The translations under genes and the position numbers were made by a program. Below the pieces are notes generated by a model. That model was not told the origin of the DNA and did no database searches. It was given only the letters and a program-made list of their open reading frames with translations. Below, piece after piece: positions 7,605 through 17,001 of a DNA stretch of 25,770 nucleotides. Origin of the DNA: Promethearchaeota archaeon. Its GTDB lineage: Archaea > Asgardarchaeota > Lokiarchaeia > Sigyniarchaeales > SOKP01. Position 1 is the first letter of the stretch. Every line of letters starts with the position of its first letter. The DNA is taken from positions 55,332 through 81,101 of the forward strand of contig JBHLNT010000004.1 in the NCBI GenBank assembly GCA_048941265.1, read 5' to 3'.

Positions 7605-8064
7605 CAATTGATTTTTTTTTCATTTCCCTTTCAATAATAAAATGCCACTCAGGCTCTATTTTATCAAAAGCTTTTTCTGCTAATGCTTTTAATTCCTCAT
7701 CGGGAGAGTTTAAAAATGGAGCGATAGAGACTAAAGCTCTTTTATCATTTAAGTTTGATAGGGCTTCAATAATAAAGATTAGACGAAATTTATCACTTAG
7801 ATGTTTATCAACTTCTTCTTCTAACACTTCAATTATCCTCATCGTAGCTCTAGAATCTCCTATTCTTCCCATAGCTTCAATTATTCGATTTTGAACCATG
7901 AATTCTTCTTCCTTTCTTAGTGCTCTGCATAATAGATTTACAGATCTTGCATCTTTCATCAATCCAAGTTCTCGGGCTGCATCTGCCCTTTTATGCCAAT
8001 CAGAATCATGAAATAATTGTTTTATTAATTGATTATACTTTTCATTTGCTTTTTGCCACGCCAT
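7579..8064 (-). CDS. HEAT-repeat (PBS-lyase HEAT-like) protein
   Basis: Repeated units: DWHKRADAARELGLMKDARSVNLLCRAL, VQNRIIEAMGRIGDSRA, IIEALSNLNDKRALVSIAPFLNSPDEELKALAEKAF. Confidence 0.85.
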   Translation of the reverse strand: MAWQKANEKYNQLIKQLFHDSDWHKRADAARELGLMKDARSVNLLCRALRKEEEFMVQNRIIEAMGRIGDSRATMRIIEVLEEEVDKHLSDKFRLIFIIEALSNLNDKRALVSIAPFLNSPDEELKALAEKAFDKIEPEWHFIIEREMKKKSIEEIFKIKF

Positions 8065-8151
8065 AATTCATGTTAAAAATAATTGGAATCGTATTATAAT
8101 CTGATTATTATAAAATATAAAATTTAAATATATTAAATTGTTCAAAAGATC

Positions 8152-9471
8152 TTATTTATTTAAGATGGAATTCATATGATCAATGCGTTTTTGTAATAAT
8201 TTTAAAGTACCAACATCCTTTCTATGAAATAATTTACCCTCAACACATCCTACACCCTTTTCTGCAATTTTTTCAGCTTCCTCGAGGTTATTTGCGATCC
8301 CTAGTATTCCAATTGCACGGGATGTTGTGGTATATATATTTTCACCCTCTCGATATACTGATGCGTAATAGTATTTTGCTCCAATATTTTCTAACTTTTT
8401 CTTACTAATTATCACTTGTTCATCTTTTTTGGGAGAAACAGGATATCCTTCAGGTGCTAAATATTTACATACAGTTGCCTTTTTTTCATATTCAACATTA
8501 TTGGTTAAATTTCCGTTGATAATCCCCCAACATATATCTACAAAATTTGTTTTTAGCAATGGTAAGACATTCATAGCTTCAGGGTCACCAAATCTCGCAT
8601 TAAATTCGATGAGTTTTAACCCTTTAGCAGTTTTCATGAATTGACCATATAAGAATCCTTTATACATTATGCCGGTCTCATTTTTAACCGCTGCCACCGT
8701 CTTTTTCATATCTTCTAATGCTTTATCAACATCTTTTTTCTCTATAAAGGGCATTAGATGATCTTCCATGGAGTATGATCCCATACCGCCCGTATTTGGA
8801 CCTTCATCATCCTCATAAGCTCTTTTATGATCTTGAACAAGTGGTGAACCAATTACATTCTTTCCGTCAACGAATGTTTGAAGTGTGAATTCTTCTCCAT
8901 CACATTTTTCTTCTAAGAGAAATGTTCCTCCTTGTTTTATTAATTCTTCACAATAATTTATAATATCTTGTTTTGAAAAAAGATGGTCTCCATAAACTTT
9001 TACACCTTTTCCTCCAGTTAACCCATCAGGTTTGACAACAATATTCTCTTCTCCCATATCCTTAATATATTCCTCAATCCCATTTAGAGAATTAAACATT
9101 TTGCTTTTCACATTAGAGGGAATCTTATACTTTTCAAGTAAATTTCTGGTAAATACCTTGGAACCCTCCAATTGAGCAGCCTCTATTTTTGGACCCACAC
9201 AAGTAATCTTGCTTTTTTCCAACGCATCCACAATCCCTACAACTAGTGGTGATTCAGGACCAATAACCGCAAAATCTACATTTTTATTCTTAGCAAATTT
9301 TATAATTTCTTGAAAGTCCGTCTCAGAATGAATTCTGATATCTTGGCTTAAATCTTCTAAACCTGCATTTTTAAAACTCATAAATGAATATAAATTTGCA
9401 CCTCCTCGCACAAGAGCCTCACCAATAACATGTTCCCTTGCTCCGTGTCCAATAATTAAACATTTTACCAT
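8152..9471 (-). CDS. purD: Phosphoribosylamine--glycine ligase (GAR synthetase)
   Basis: GHGAREH, VIGPESPLVVGIVD, AAQLEGSK, VVKPDGLTGGKGV, QDHKRAYEDDEGPNTGGMGSYS, EFNARFGDPE, GYP; AGGTGGA RBS at 9478-9484. Confidence 0.97.
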   Translation of the reverse strand: MVKCLIIGHGAREHVIGEALVRGGANLYSFMSFKNAGLEDLSQDIRIHSETDFQEIIKFAKNKNVDFAVIGPESPLVVGIVDALEKSKITCVGPKIEAAQLEGSKVFTRNLLEKYKIPSNVKSKMFNSLNGIEEYIKDMGEENIVVKPDGLTGGKGVKVYGDHLFSKQDIINYCEELIKQGGTFLLEEKCDGEEFTLQTFVDGKNVIGSPLVQDHKRAYEDDEGPNTGGMGSYSMEDHLMPFIEKKDVDKALEDMKKTVAAVKNETGIMYKGFLYGQFMKTAKGLKLIEFNARFGDPEAMNVLPLLKTNFVDICWGIINGNLTNNVEYEKKATVCKYLAPEGYPVSPKKDEQVIISKKKLENIGAKYYYASVYREGENIYTTTSRAIGILGIANNLEEAEKIAEKGVGCVEGKLFHRKDVGTLKLLQKRIDHMNSILNK

Positions 9472-9632
9472 AAATTATCCACCTTTAAAAATTTGTAATA
9501 ATAAATCTTCTAATTTTACTATTTTATTAAATAATTAAAACATTAATTATTAACCAAGTAATTAATAAAAGACTAAGATTGTAGGGTATTTAGTGTTGAT
9601 GTTGGAGTAAATTGAAAATTCCAACTACTTAC

Positions 9633-10292
9633 TTATTCTGTAAAACAATAATTTTTTTTTAACCAATAAGGGAATAAATATAAAATAAGTATATCAGGAA
9701 ATCTAGTGTCTCTATCATGAAAATGGTTATCTAAATAGAGGACAACAGAGTGAGGATCCACACAATTCTCACTTTTATGAACGTATGTTACTGGAGTCTT
9801 GGGTAATTTTGATTCCTCAATAATTTTTCTTGGAACTGGTACATGAATATTTTCGTTACATTTATCACATTTAATAATTACATGCCGAATTGCTGAAGAT
9901 TTCTTTAGTTCATCATCTGCCTTTTTAGGAGTAGAAACAGTAGAAATAATGACATCAATAGCTTTAGGTAACAATATATTAAAATCATGATCGACTTCAA
10001 AAACTAAGCAATGTTTATCATTATTCTTATTATTTTTATGAACATAGTTAATAAGAACTTCTCTCTTTTCTGATTCTAAAACTGGTTCAATAGGAATCGG
10101 AATTAAAACATTTTTATCACATCTTTCACACTTGATGATAACAGGTTTAATATCTTTAGGATCTATCTTTTCAATCTTCTTTAATAGATCCGGGGATAAT
10201 TCTTCTGAATCTAGGGGAATTGTTGTTGTTTTACGAGGGGGAGGAACTACAGGGGCCCCCCAAACATCCTCACTTTCATCCTCATTATCCAT
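9633..10292 (-). CDS. Protein with two tandem CxxC...H...H putative Zn-binding domains
   Basis: Internal duplication: IIKCERCDKNVLIPIP...YVHKN...DKHCLVFEVDHDF and IIKCDKCNENIHVPVP...YVHKS...DPHSVVLYLDNHF; acidic, Pro-rich N-terminus. Confidence 0.75.
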   Translation of the reverse strand: MDNEDESEDVWGAPVVPPPRKTTTIPLDSEELSPDLLKKIEKIDPKDIKPVIIKCERCDKNVLIPIPIEPVLESEKREVLINYVHKNNKNNDKHCLVFEVDHDFNILLPKAIDVIISTVSTPKKADDELKKSSAIRHVIIKCDKCNENIHVPVPRKIIEESKLPKTPVTYVHKSENCVDPHSVVLYLDNHFHDRDTRFPDILILYLFPYWLKKNYCFTE

Positions 10293-10478
10293 ATTTTTGA
10301 TTTAAAATACTCCTTCCTTTGAATAATTTTATCTTATAAATTAATAGTTTTAAAGGATTTATTTAAAACTATTTAATTCACAATTATTAAATAAAAATAG
10401 AACCAAGAAAATACAATAAAAATTCTATTCCAATTTTTATCTCATAAATTTTTAATAACTTTAAAGAAGAGCTAAATT

Positions 10479-11999
10479 ATGTATGATACTATTATTATAG
10501 GAGCTGGAGTAGGAGGATTATCATGTGCTGCGAAATTAGCAAAAAATAGGAAAAAAATTCTCATTCTTGAAAAATTACCTCACATTGGTGGAACAAGCCA
10601 TATATTCAAAAGAAAGGGTTATATATTTCCAATGGGACCCCTTTCATTTAGTTTTCCTAAATTAGTAAAAGATTTATTAAAAGAAATGGACGTTAAAGAG
10701 GAAATTGAATTTGAAAGAAATCATTTCCAGCTAATCTCTCCAAATTTGGATTTGATTTATTCTCAACAATGGAATAATTTTAGAGAAAAATTAAAGATGC
10801 ATTTTAATAGAGAAAAAGAAGGAATAGATCTATTTTTTGATGAACTTGATAATGTTATTGAAGCAATAAAACAGGTGCATGAATGGCATCCAGACTTCTT
10901 AATAGGAGAAAAAAAAGTTATTGCAGCTGAGAGAATGTTAAAGACACATAAAGCTGAGCTTGAAATTATTAAAAAATATAATGAAATCAATTCAAAAGAT
11001 CTGCTAAACAAATATATAAAAAATGATAACCTCATAAGGCTGCTAGGTTCCCAAGGAACCTTTCAACCCATTATGAATATGGTACATTTAGCGTTCATGT
11101 GGAATGTGATGTCTAAGGAGGGAATCTGGTTTCCATCGTGCGGGATTCATGGAATAAATCAACTATTATATGAATCTTGTGTAATAAAAAATGGTGGAAA
11201 AATAAAACTAAATACCTCAGTAAAAGAAGTGTTAATTAAAAATAATAACGCTATTGGAATTAAAACCGTTGATGATCAAATTTATAATTCGAAATGGGTA
11301 GTGGCAAATGCAGATTATAAAAAAGTATTCTTAGAATTAATAAATCCAATAAATTTACCTAAAGACCACTTAAATATCGTTAGAAATACGGCATATACTG
11401 GTTCAGAATTGTGTGTTTATCTTGGGATCAATCCAAAAAAAGCAAATCTTAGTAGAATGCGAGCAAATCATCTATTCTATCGAGCAAAAATTAATAAATC
11501 TATTTCTAAGGATCCCGAAAATTTTGAAAATAAGGAAATCGAAATATGTTTATGGTCAAATAATTCGGAGAAATTTGCTCCTGAAGGAAAAAAAAGTCTC
11601 ATTTTAAGAGTAAATATGCCTTACTCTCATTTTAAACCTTGGAGATTGGGTGAAAAAAAAAGAAAAGAAGGGTATTTAGAATATAAAAGTAAATTAGCGT
11701 TCAAATTAATAAAAACAGTTGAAAATATATTGCCTGGATTACAAAGCGCTGTTGAAGTCATGGAAATTGCTACACCTCTTACTTATTCGGATTGGGGACA
11801 GAGATATGAGGGTTCTGTTGCCGGATGGTCTAGAGATATTAAAAAGATAAGGCTAAATACGAAATTATTGACTGAAAATCCGATAAAAAGACTATTAATG
11901 GTAGGTATATACTCGGTTTTAGAACCTTTTTTAGGGGGTTATCCCGTTTCAATGTATACAGGCACACTAGCAGCGAATTTAATACTTGAAAGCCTATAA
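10479..11999 (+). CDS. FAD-dependent oxidoreductase, phytoene desaturase/COG1233 family
   Basis: YDTIIIGAGVGGL..A...ILILEK...IGG...FKRKGYIF FAD-binding start; VVANAD, LCVYLG, VENILPGL and IATPLT......GSVAGW. Confidence 0.88.
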   Translation: MYDTIIIGAGVGGLSCAAKLAKNRKKILILEKLPHIGGTSHIFKRKGYIFPMGPLSFSFPKLVKDLLKEMDVKEEIEFERNHFQLISPNLDLIYSQQWNNFREKLKMHFNREKEGIDLFFDELDNVIEAIKQVHEWHPDFLIGEKKVIAAERMLKTHKAELEIIKKYNEINSKDLLNKYIKNDNLIRLLGSQGTFQPIMNMVHLAFMWNVMSKEGIWFPSCGIHGINQLLYESCVIKNGGKIKLNTSVKEVLIKNNNAIGIKTVDDQIYNSKWVVANADYKKVFLELINPINLPKDHLNIVRNTAYTGSELCVYLGINPKKANLSRMRANHLFYRAKINKSISKDPENFENKEIEICLWSNNSEKFAPEGKKSLILRVNMPYSHFKPWRLGEKKRKEGYLEYKSKLAFKLIKTVENILPGLQSAVEVMEIATPLTYSDWGQRYEGSVAGWSRDIKKIRLNTKLLTENPIKRLLMVGIYSVLEPFLGGYPVSMYTGTLAANLILESL

Positions 12000-12096
12000 A
12001 ACTAAATTTTTATTTAAACATAGGTTTTCAACTATTTTCACAAGATTAATTTGATTTGTAATTAAATATCTCTATAAAGACAAATTATTTTTAAAG

Positions 12097-13242
12097 ATGT
12101 CGTCAGAGGAAAAGTATAAGAAAACAGCTCAGGTTATAATAAAGGCTGGGATACTGCCGTTTCCCTTAACTGATACGTTATTGGAAATAATAAGGTATAT
12201 AATTAGAGAGGAAGACCTTGATTTTATAATGGCTTTTAAACGAAAATTTTCTCAAACAATGGAACAATTGAAAAAGAGCAGTAAAATGTCAGAAGAAGAG
12301 ATTCTAAAGCATGTGGATTATCTTTCTAAGAAGGGCGTTATTTTTAATCAACCAAATAGCCAAGGAATTATGGTTTACAGGCTTCTCCCATTGATGATGG
12401 TTGGGCCCTTCGAATATCTCCTAATGGAAAAAATTAAGTACACTAATCAAGAAAAGAGATTAGCCATATTGTTTAAAAAATTATTCGATGAGGCAAAAGA
12501 ATTAATTCATGATAAATACGATATGTTTGTTCCGATCTTTAAAAAATTACCCCCTATAGATCGTACAGTTCCCGTAATCGGACAAGGTGCTTCAGGTGAA
12601 GAAATCCAGATTTCAATTAATAAAGAAGTGGAAGTTCCTGAGGAGGAAATTATTCCTATTCAGAAAATTGAGGAATTAATTGATAAATTCGATGATATCG
12701 CAGTAGGTCATTGTTTTTGTCGTCAACATAAAGATCTTTTAGGAGATCCTTGTCATGTAACAGACCTCAGAGAGAATTGCTTTACATTTGGCAAAAGTGC
12801 TCGATTTTGCACTGAACAAGGCTTCCAAAGAATGATTTCAAAAAAAGAAGCTCTAGATTTATTAAAAGCATCCGAAGAGGCAGGCTTAGTGCATAAAGCA
12901 TTTCATCCGCATTCTGATATTTCAAAGGAGGAAACCAGCATATGTAATTGTTGTGTTGATTGTTGTGCCACATTTGAGTTATGGCGTGAAGGGGTTTTGC
13001 CATTAATTAATTCTACTTATCATTTATCAAGTGTTAATGAGGAATTGTGTATAGGTTGCGGCACATGTGTAGAAAAATGTACAGTCGGAGCCATTAGTTT
13101 AAATGAAAATGATAAAGCAGAAGTTGATAAAGTTCGCTGTATAGGGTGTGGACTTTGTGCTCATTTTTGTCCTGAAGGAGCTATAGAGTTATTAAAAGGT
13201 ATGAGAAAAGTTTATGTACCCCCTTTAAGGGAAAGTACATAA
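12097..13242 (+). CDS. 4Fe-4S binding protein (N-terminal HTH-like region, Cys-rich middle, C-terminal 2x[4Fe-4S] ferredoxin domain)
   Basis: CFCRQ...PC...NC and ICNCCVDCC, followed by CIGCGTCVEKC and CIGCGLCAHFCP. Confidence 0.85.
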   Translation: MSSEEKYKKTAQVIIKAGILPFPLTDTLLEIIRYIIREEDLDFIMAFKRKFSQTMEQLKKSSKMSEEEILKHVDYLSKKGVIFNQPNSQGIMVYRLLPLMMVGPFEYLLMEKIKYTNQEKRLAILFKKLFDEAKELIHDKYDMFVPIFKKLPPIDRTVPVIGQGASGEEIQISINKEVEVPEEEIIPIQKIEELIDKFDDIAVGHCFCRQHKDLLGDPCHVTDLRENCFTFGKSARFCTEQGFQRMISKKEALDLLKASEEAGLVHKAFHPHSDISKEETSICNCCVDCCATFELWREGVLPLINSTYHLSSVNEELCIGCGTCVEKCTVGAISLNENDKAEVDKVRCIGCGLCAHFCPEGAIELLKGMRKVYVPPLREST

Positions 13243-13262
13243 TCTCTTTTATTTTATTCTAT

Positions 13263-13946
13263 TTATTTAACAACTTTTTGTTTAAATACTTCAATTGTAT
13301 TAGCAATTTCATTCATCTTAATATTAAATTCTTGAGGATGCATTTTCTTTAATTTCTCGAAATCCGCAATTATGCCCTTCAGCTCCTTTATCCAAATATT
13401 CATAAGTATTTCTCTTTCTTTATCACCGCACGCATTTCTTACTTCACTAGAGATCATTGCTTCAATCTTTTCTAATAACTGTTTTTCATTTACAGTATAA
13501 GATATTTTGAGTACATCCTGTTGTCCTTTAAGTGTTTCTAATTCTTCATTTATATGCCTTTTATCTTTTGTAAATTGCTCGTCAAACTTCTTGATCATAT
13601 CAGTTAAAACTTCATCCTTGGCATCAATTTGGGTTTGAATATTATCTTGAGATATGTTTAGATTATTTTGTAAATTTTGAATGTTTTCGCCAAGAGATTT
13701 AAGCTTAACCTCAAAATCATTTGCTATAGCTTTTATATTTTGATCAAATTCTCCAATTCGGTCATCTACCATTTTAATAACTTCACTGACTTGATTAGTA
13801 AATTTTTGTTCAAGAGTATTAAATTGTTCTTCTATTTTTTTCTCAAATGTGCTAATTTGATCTTTTATTTTTTGGTCAATATTATCGATTTTTTCTTTTA
13901 ATTTCTGAATATCCTTTCCCTGTGTTTCTAAATCTTTTTTTGCCAT
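13263..13946 (-). CDS. All-helical coiled-coil protein with 11-residue amphipathic repeats
   Basis: IKDQISTFEKK/IEEQFNTLEQK/FTNQVSEVIKM/VDDRIGEFDQN/IKAIANDFEVK, hydrophobic at positions 1, 5 and 8. GAGGTA RBS at 13952-13957; starts 17 bp after the GTPase stop. Confidence 0.8.
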   Translation of the reverse strand: MAKKDLETQGKDIQKLKEKIDNIDQKIKDQISTFEKKIEEQFNTLEQKFTNQVSEVIKMVDDRIGEFDQNIKAIANDFEVKLKSLGENIQNLQNNLNISQDNIQTQIDAKDEVLTDMIKKFDEQFTKDKRHINEELETLKGQQDVLKISYTVNEKQLLEKIEAMISSEVRNACGDKEREILMNIWIKELKGIIADFEKLKKMHPQEFNIKMNEIANTIEVFKQKVVK

Positions 13947-13963
13947 TTTTCTACCTCTTTTTT

Positions 13964-14968
13964 TTAATTTGCATTTTTGCTATCTAAATTTAATATTGAT
14001 TGCAAATTTGATTTAAATCCCTCTTTTATTCTTTCTATCTGTTCTTTAGTTGTATCTATTGATTCAATTAAAGAATCAATTGGAGTTTTCTTAAGATCTA
14101 GTATCAAATTTTCAATTTTAGAGAGATTCTCATTAAATTCTTTGATAATTTCATTTTTAATTGAAGAAATTTTTAACATTTCTTGCTTTGCGGGAATGGG
14201 TTTGCTTATCCTAAGTTCCTCTGATTCTGAACTAACTATAGCTTCAACTTTTATATCATCCCCCTCCGCTTCCATGGAGGCTGTTGTTTCTTCTGACCTC
14301 TCTTTTTGAAGTTTTAAAGAATCAACATCACCTATATTTAATAACCTGCTCATTAAATCATTTTCATCTTTCCCTAAAATTTTAAGAAATTTAGTAGCCA
14401 CACCGAAATATTCCGGATAATTTTTTTCATATTCTTGTAAAAAGCTATATATTAACAATTCGAAGGTCTCAACCACATTTATTCCACTTCTGGCTGAAGT
14501 TATTACTAAAGGGACATTACTCATAAATAACTTTTTAACTATTTTTTCTAAGTCTTTTTCAAGATTTATTAAATCTAGTTTATTCCCCACCACAATCGTT
14601 TGACAATCTGTTGCATATTTTTCTAAATTTTTTAAATACTCTTTTTTGATATCCGATAAGCTCTCCTTAGGTCTTGTTAAATCAAAAACCAAATATGCGG
14701 CGTCAACATTAGTATAAAATGAAGGATTTAACGGATTAAATGATTTTTGACCTCCTATATCCCAAATATTAACCCTCAATTGAGTATTATCATCTAATTT
14801 ATATTCCTTTTTCAAGATAATTGAACCAATTGTGGGGATATATCGTTTAAGAAACGTTTTTTTTAAAAAATAGTTTACTAAGCATGTCTTACCAACATTA
14901 CCATCACCAAGAAGTACGAATTTAATATTTATTTGATTACTTGTTCTATCCAATGACTGAGATTCCAT
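13964..14968 (-). CDS. Rab-like small GTPase (Ras superfamily) with ~150-aa C-terminal extension
   Basis: G1 GDGNVGKT, G2 YIPTIG, G3 WDIGGQ, G4 GNKLD, G5 TSAR, plus LVFDLT; acidic linker and helical C-terminus; AGGTG RBS at 14977-14981. Confidence 0.92.
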   Translation of the reverse strand: MESQSLDRTSNQINIKFVLLGDGNVGKTCLVNYFLKKTFLKRYIPTIGSIILKKEYKLDDNTQLRVNIWDIGGQKSFNPLNPSFYTNVDAAYLVFDLTRPKESLSDIKKEYLKNLEKYATDCQTIVVGNKLDLINLEKDLEKIVKKLFMSNVPLVITSARSGINVVETFELLIYSFLQEYEKNYPEYFGVATKFLKILGKDENDLMSRLLNIGDVDSLKLQKERSEETTASMEAEGDDIKVEAIVSSESEELRISKPIPAKQEMLKISSIKNEIIKEFNENLSKIENLILDLKKTPIDSLIESIDTTKEQIERIKEGFKSNLQSILNLDSKNAN

Positions 14969-15161
14969 ATAATTAACACCTTCAATTACAAATAGTTTAG
15001 TATCTTAAATTGTATCTACTTATACCTTAGTTATTTAGAAAACAAAAGTAATATATAAATATATATATGCCTTGCAGTTGAAAAAATTTTAATTAAAAGA
15101 ACATTAACCAAAGTAAAGAGATAACTATTAAGAAATTTCTAAATAAAAGTATTAGGGGATT

Positions 15162-16367
15162 ATGAATATGGAAAAACAAGAAGTTGTTATAGCGTATGCT
15201 AAAAGAACTGCGATTGGAAAATTTGGGGGATCGCTTTTACCTTACAATGCGAGTAGATTACTCTCGTTTGTAATAAAAGATTGTATAGAATCAACTACTA
15301 TTGATCCTCGTTTAATTTCAGATGTCAAAGCTGGTTGCTGTATGGAACCCCAAGAAGAAATGAATGTAGCAAGAAACGCAGCTCTCATTGCTGGAATACC
15401 CTATGAAGTACCTGCGATGACAATTAATCGTGTTTGTACTTCCGCAATGGAAGCTATAAGAGCTGCGTGGACTGATATTATGGCAGGTCAAGGTGAGCTT
15501 ATTTTAGCAGGAGGGACTGAAGCGATGAGTAATGTAGCATATTATTTACCATCCGCTCGTTTTGGAGCAAGATTAGGCAATACGGAATTAAAATGTGGTT
15601 TAATGGAGGGTCTTCATGCAGGGAGCAAAGTTTTTGCTCCGCCAGGATATATCATGGGTCTGACAGCGGAATATATAGCGGAAAAATACGGAATTACAAG
15701 GCAAATGCAGGATGACGCCGCTTTAAGGTCTCAAAATAATGCAGAAAAAGCTACTATTTCAGGAAGTTTTAAAGATGAGATTTTACCAGTTGAAGTAAAA
15801 CCAATGAGAGGAAAACCATATATCTATGATAAAGACGAACACTTCAGGCCAGGTCTTACTATAGAAGATCTAAAGAACCTAAAACCCGCATTCAAGAAAG
15901 ACGGCACCGTTACAGCCGGAAATTCCTCTGGAATTAATGACGGAGCATGTATTACGCTCATAACAACTTTAGCTAAGGCACAAGAATTAGGATTAACTCC
16001 TCTAGTTAAAATAAAAACCATATCAAAGATTGGCAACGATCCACGTTTTATGGGGATGGGTCCAATGTATTCCACTCCATTAGCTTTAAAACAAGCTAAT
16101 ATGGAATATAAAGATATTGATTTGGTTGAATGTAATGAAGCTTTTGCAGCTCAGTATGTAGCAGTTGCCCAACAATTAAATTGGGATATTGAGAAAACAA
16201 ATGTCAACGGATCTGGAATTGGTTTAGGCCACCCTGTGGGATGTACGGGTGCAAGAATTGTCGTAACCTTAATTCATGAGATGAAAAAACGAGGGGTATC
16301 ATACGGGCTCGCAACACTTTGTGGTGGTGGAGGAGTCTCAGAAGCAATTATTATAGAGAATTTTTAA
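15162..16367 (+). CDS. Acetyl-CoA C-acetyltransferase (thiolase)
   Basis: RTAIGKFGGSL, INRVCTSAM (catalytic Cys), TAGNSSGINDGA, NEAFAAQ, GHPVGCTGAR, LCGGGG. Confidence 0.95.
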   Translation: MNMEKQEVVIAYAKRTAIGKFGGSLLPYNASRLLSFVIKDCIESTTIDPRLISDVKAGCCMEPQEEMNVARNAALIAGIPYEVPAMTINRVCTSAMEAIRAAWTDIMAGQGELILAGGTEAMSNVAYYLPSARFGARLGNTELKCGLMEGLHAGSKVFAPPGYIMGLTAEYIAEKYGITRQMQDDAALRSQNNAEKATISGSFKDEILPVEVKPMRGKPYIYDKDEHFRPGLTIEDLKNLKPAFKKDGTVTAGNSSGINDGACITLITTLAKAQELGLTPLVKIKTISKIGNDPRFMGMGPMYSTPLALKQANMEYKDIDLVECNEAFAAQYVAVAQQLNWDIEKTNVNGSGIGLGHPVGCTGARIVVTLIHEMKKRGVSYGLATLCGGGGVSEAIIIENF

Positions 16368-16378
16368 TTTTTTTTTTC

Positions 16379-16984
16379 TTAAATATTAATATTTAAATTT
16401 CGCAGTTCTGTTTGCAAATCTATGTTTTTGGTAATTAATATAGTGTGCATGCCTAAGTTTTGTGCAGAGACTAAAAAGTCAGAATAATCATCTAAAAATA
16501 CACATTCTTGGGCAATTAGTTTATATCGATTTAAGAGGATTTCATATATTTCTAATTCAGGTTTAATCAGCTTTTCTTTCCATGATATTACCTGTCCATC
16601 AAATAGAGAAAAGAATTTAAATTTATTTATAACAAACTCGTATGATTCTTTAATAAAATTGGATAAGGCGAAGACTTTATAACCATTTTGCTTTAGCTTG
16701 TTCAAAATTTCGATATTTTGTTGAATAGGTTTAAAAATCTCAAACCACTTTTCGAAAAATAGCGTTATTAATTCTTTTTCTTTAGGATATTTGATTAAAA
16801 ATAGATTTTTAGCATCCTCGATTAATATAAGACCCCGATCCAATTTAAGCCAAATTTTACTGTCAGGTATATTTGAAATGAATTTATTAATACGGGCCAT
16901 ATCGCTTGTGAATTGTAATAGGAATTTTTTCGGTTCAAAAGTTAATAAGACATTTCCAATATCAAAAATAATGTTTTTTATCAA
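16379..16984 (-). CDS. HAD-superfamily phosphatase (YihX-like, DxGxV subgroup)
   Basis: IIFDIGNVL motif I, ALSN motif II, KPELEIY motif III, VFLDD motif IV; TTG start. Confidence 0.88.
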   Translation of the reverse strand: MIKNIIFDIGNVLLTFEPKKFLLQFTSDMARINKFISNIPDSKIWLKLDRGLILIEDAKNLFLIKYPKEKELITLFFEKWFEIFKPIQQNIEILNKLKQNGYKVFALSNFIKESYEFVINKFKFFSLFDGQVISWKEKLIKPELEIYEILLNRYKLIAQECVFLDDYSDFLVSAQNLGMHTILITKNIDLQTELRNLNINI

Positions 16985-17001
16985 TATCTTTTTGCCTATG
17001 A

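Noticed and set aside
10479-11999. Calling this gene crtI (carotenoid biosynthesis)
   Set aside because: Only family-level motifs are present and there is no phytoene synthase or cyclase nearby, so the substrate cannot be assigned.
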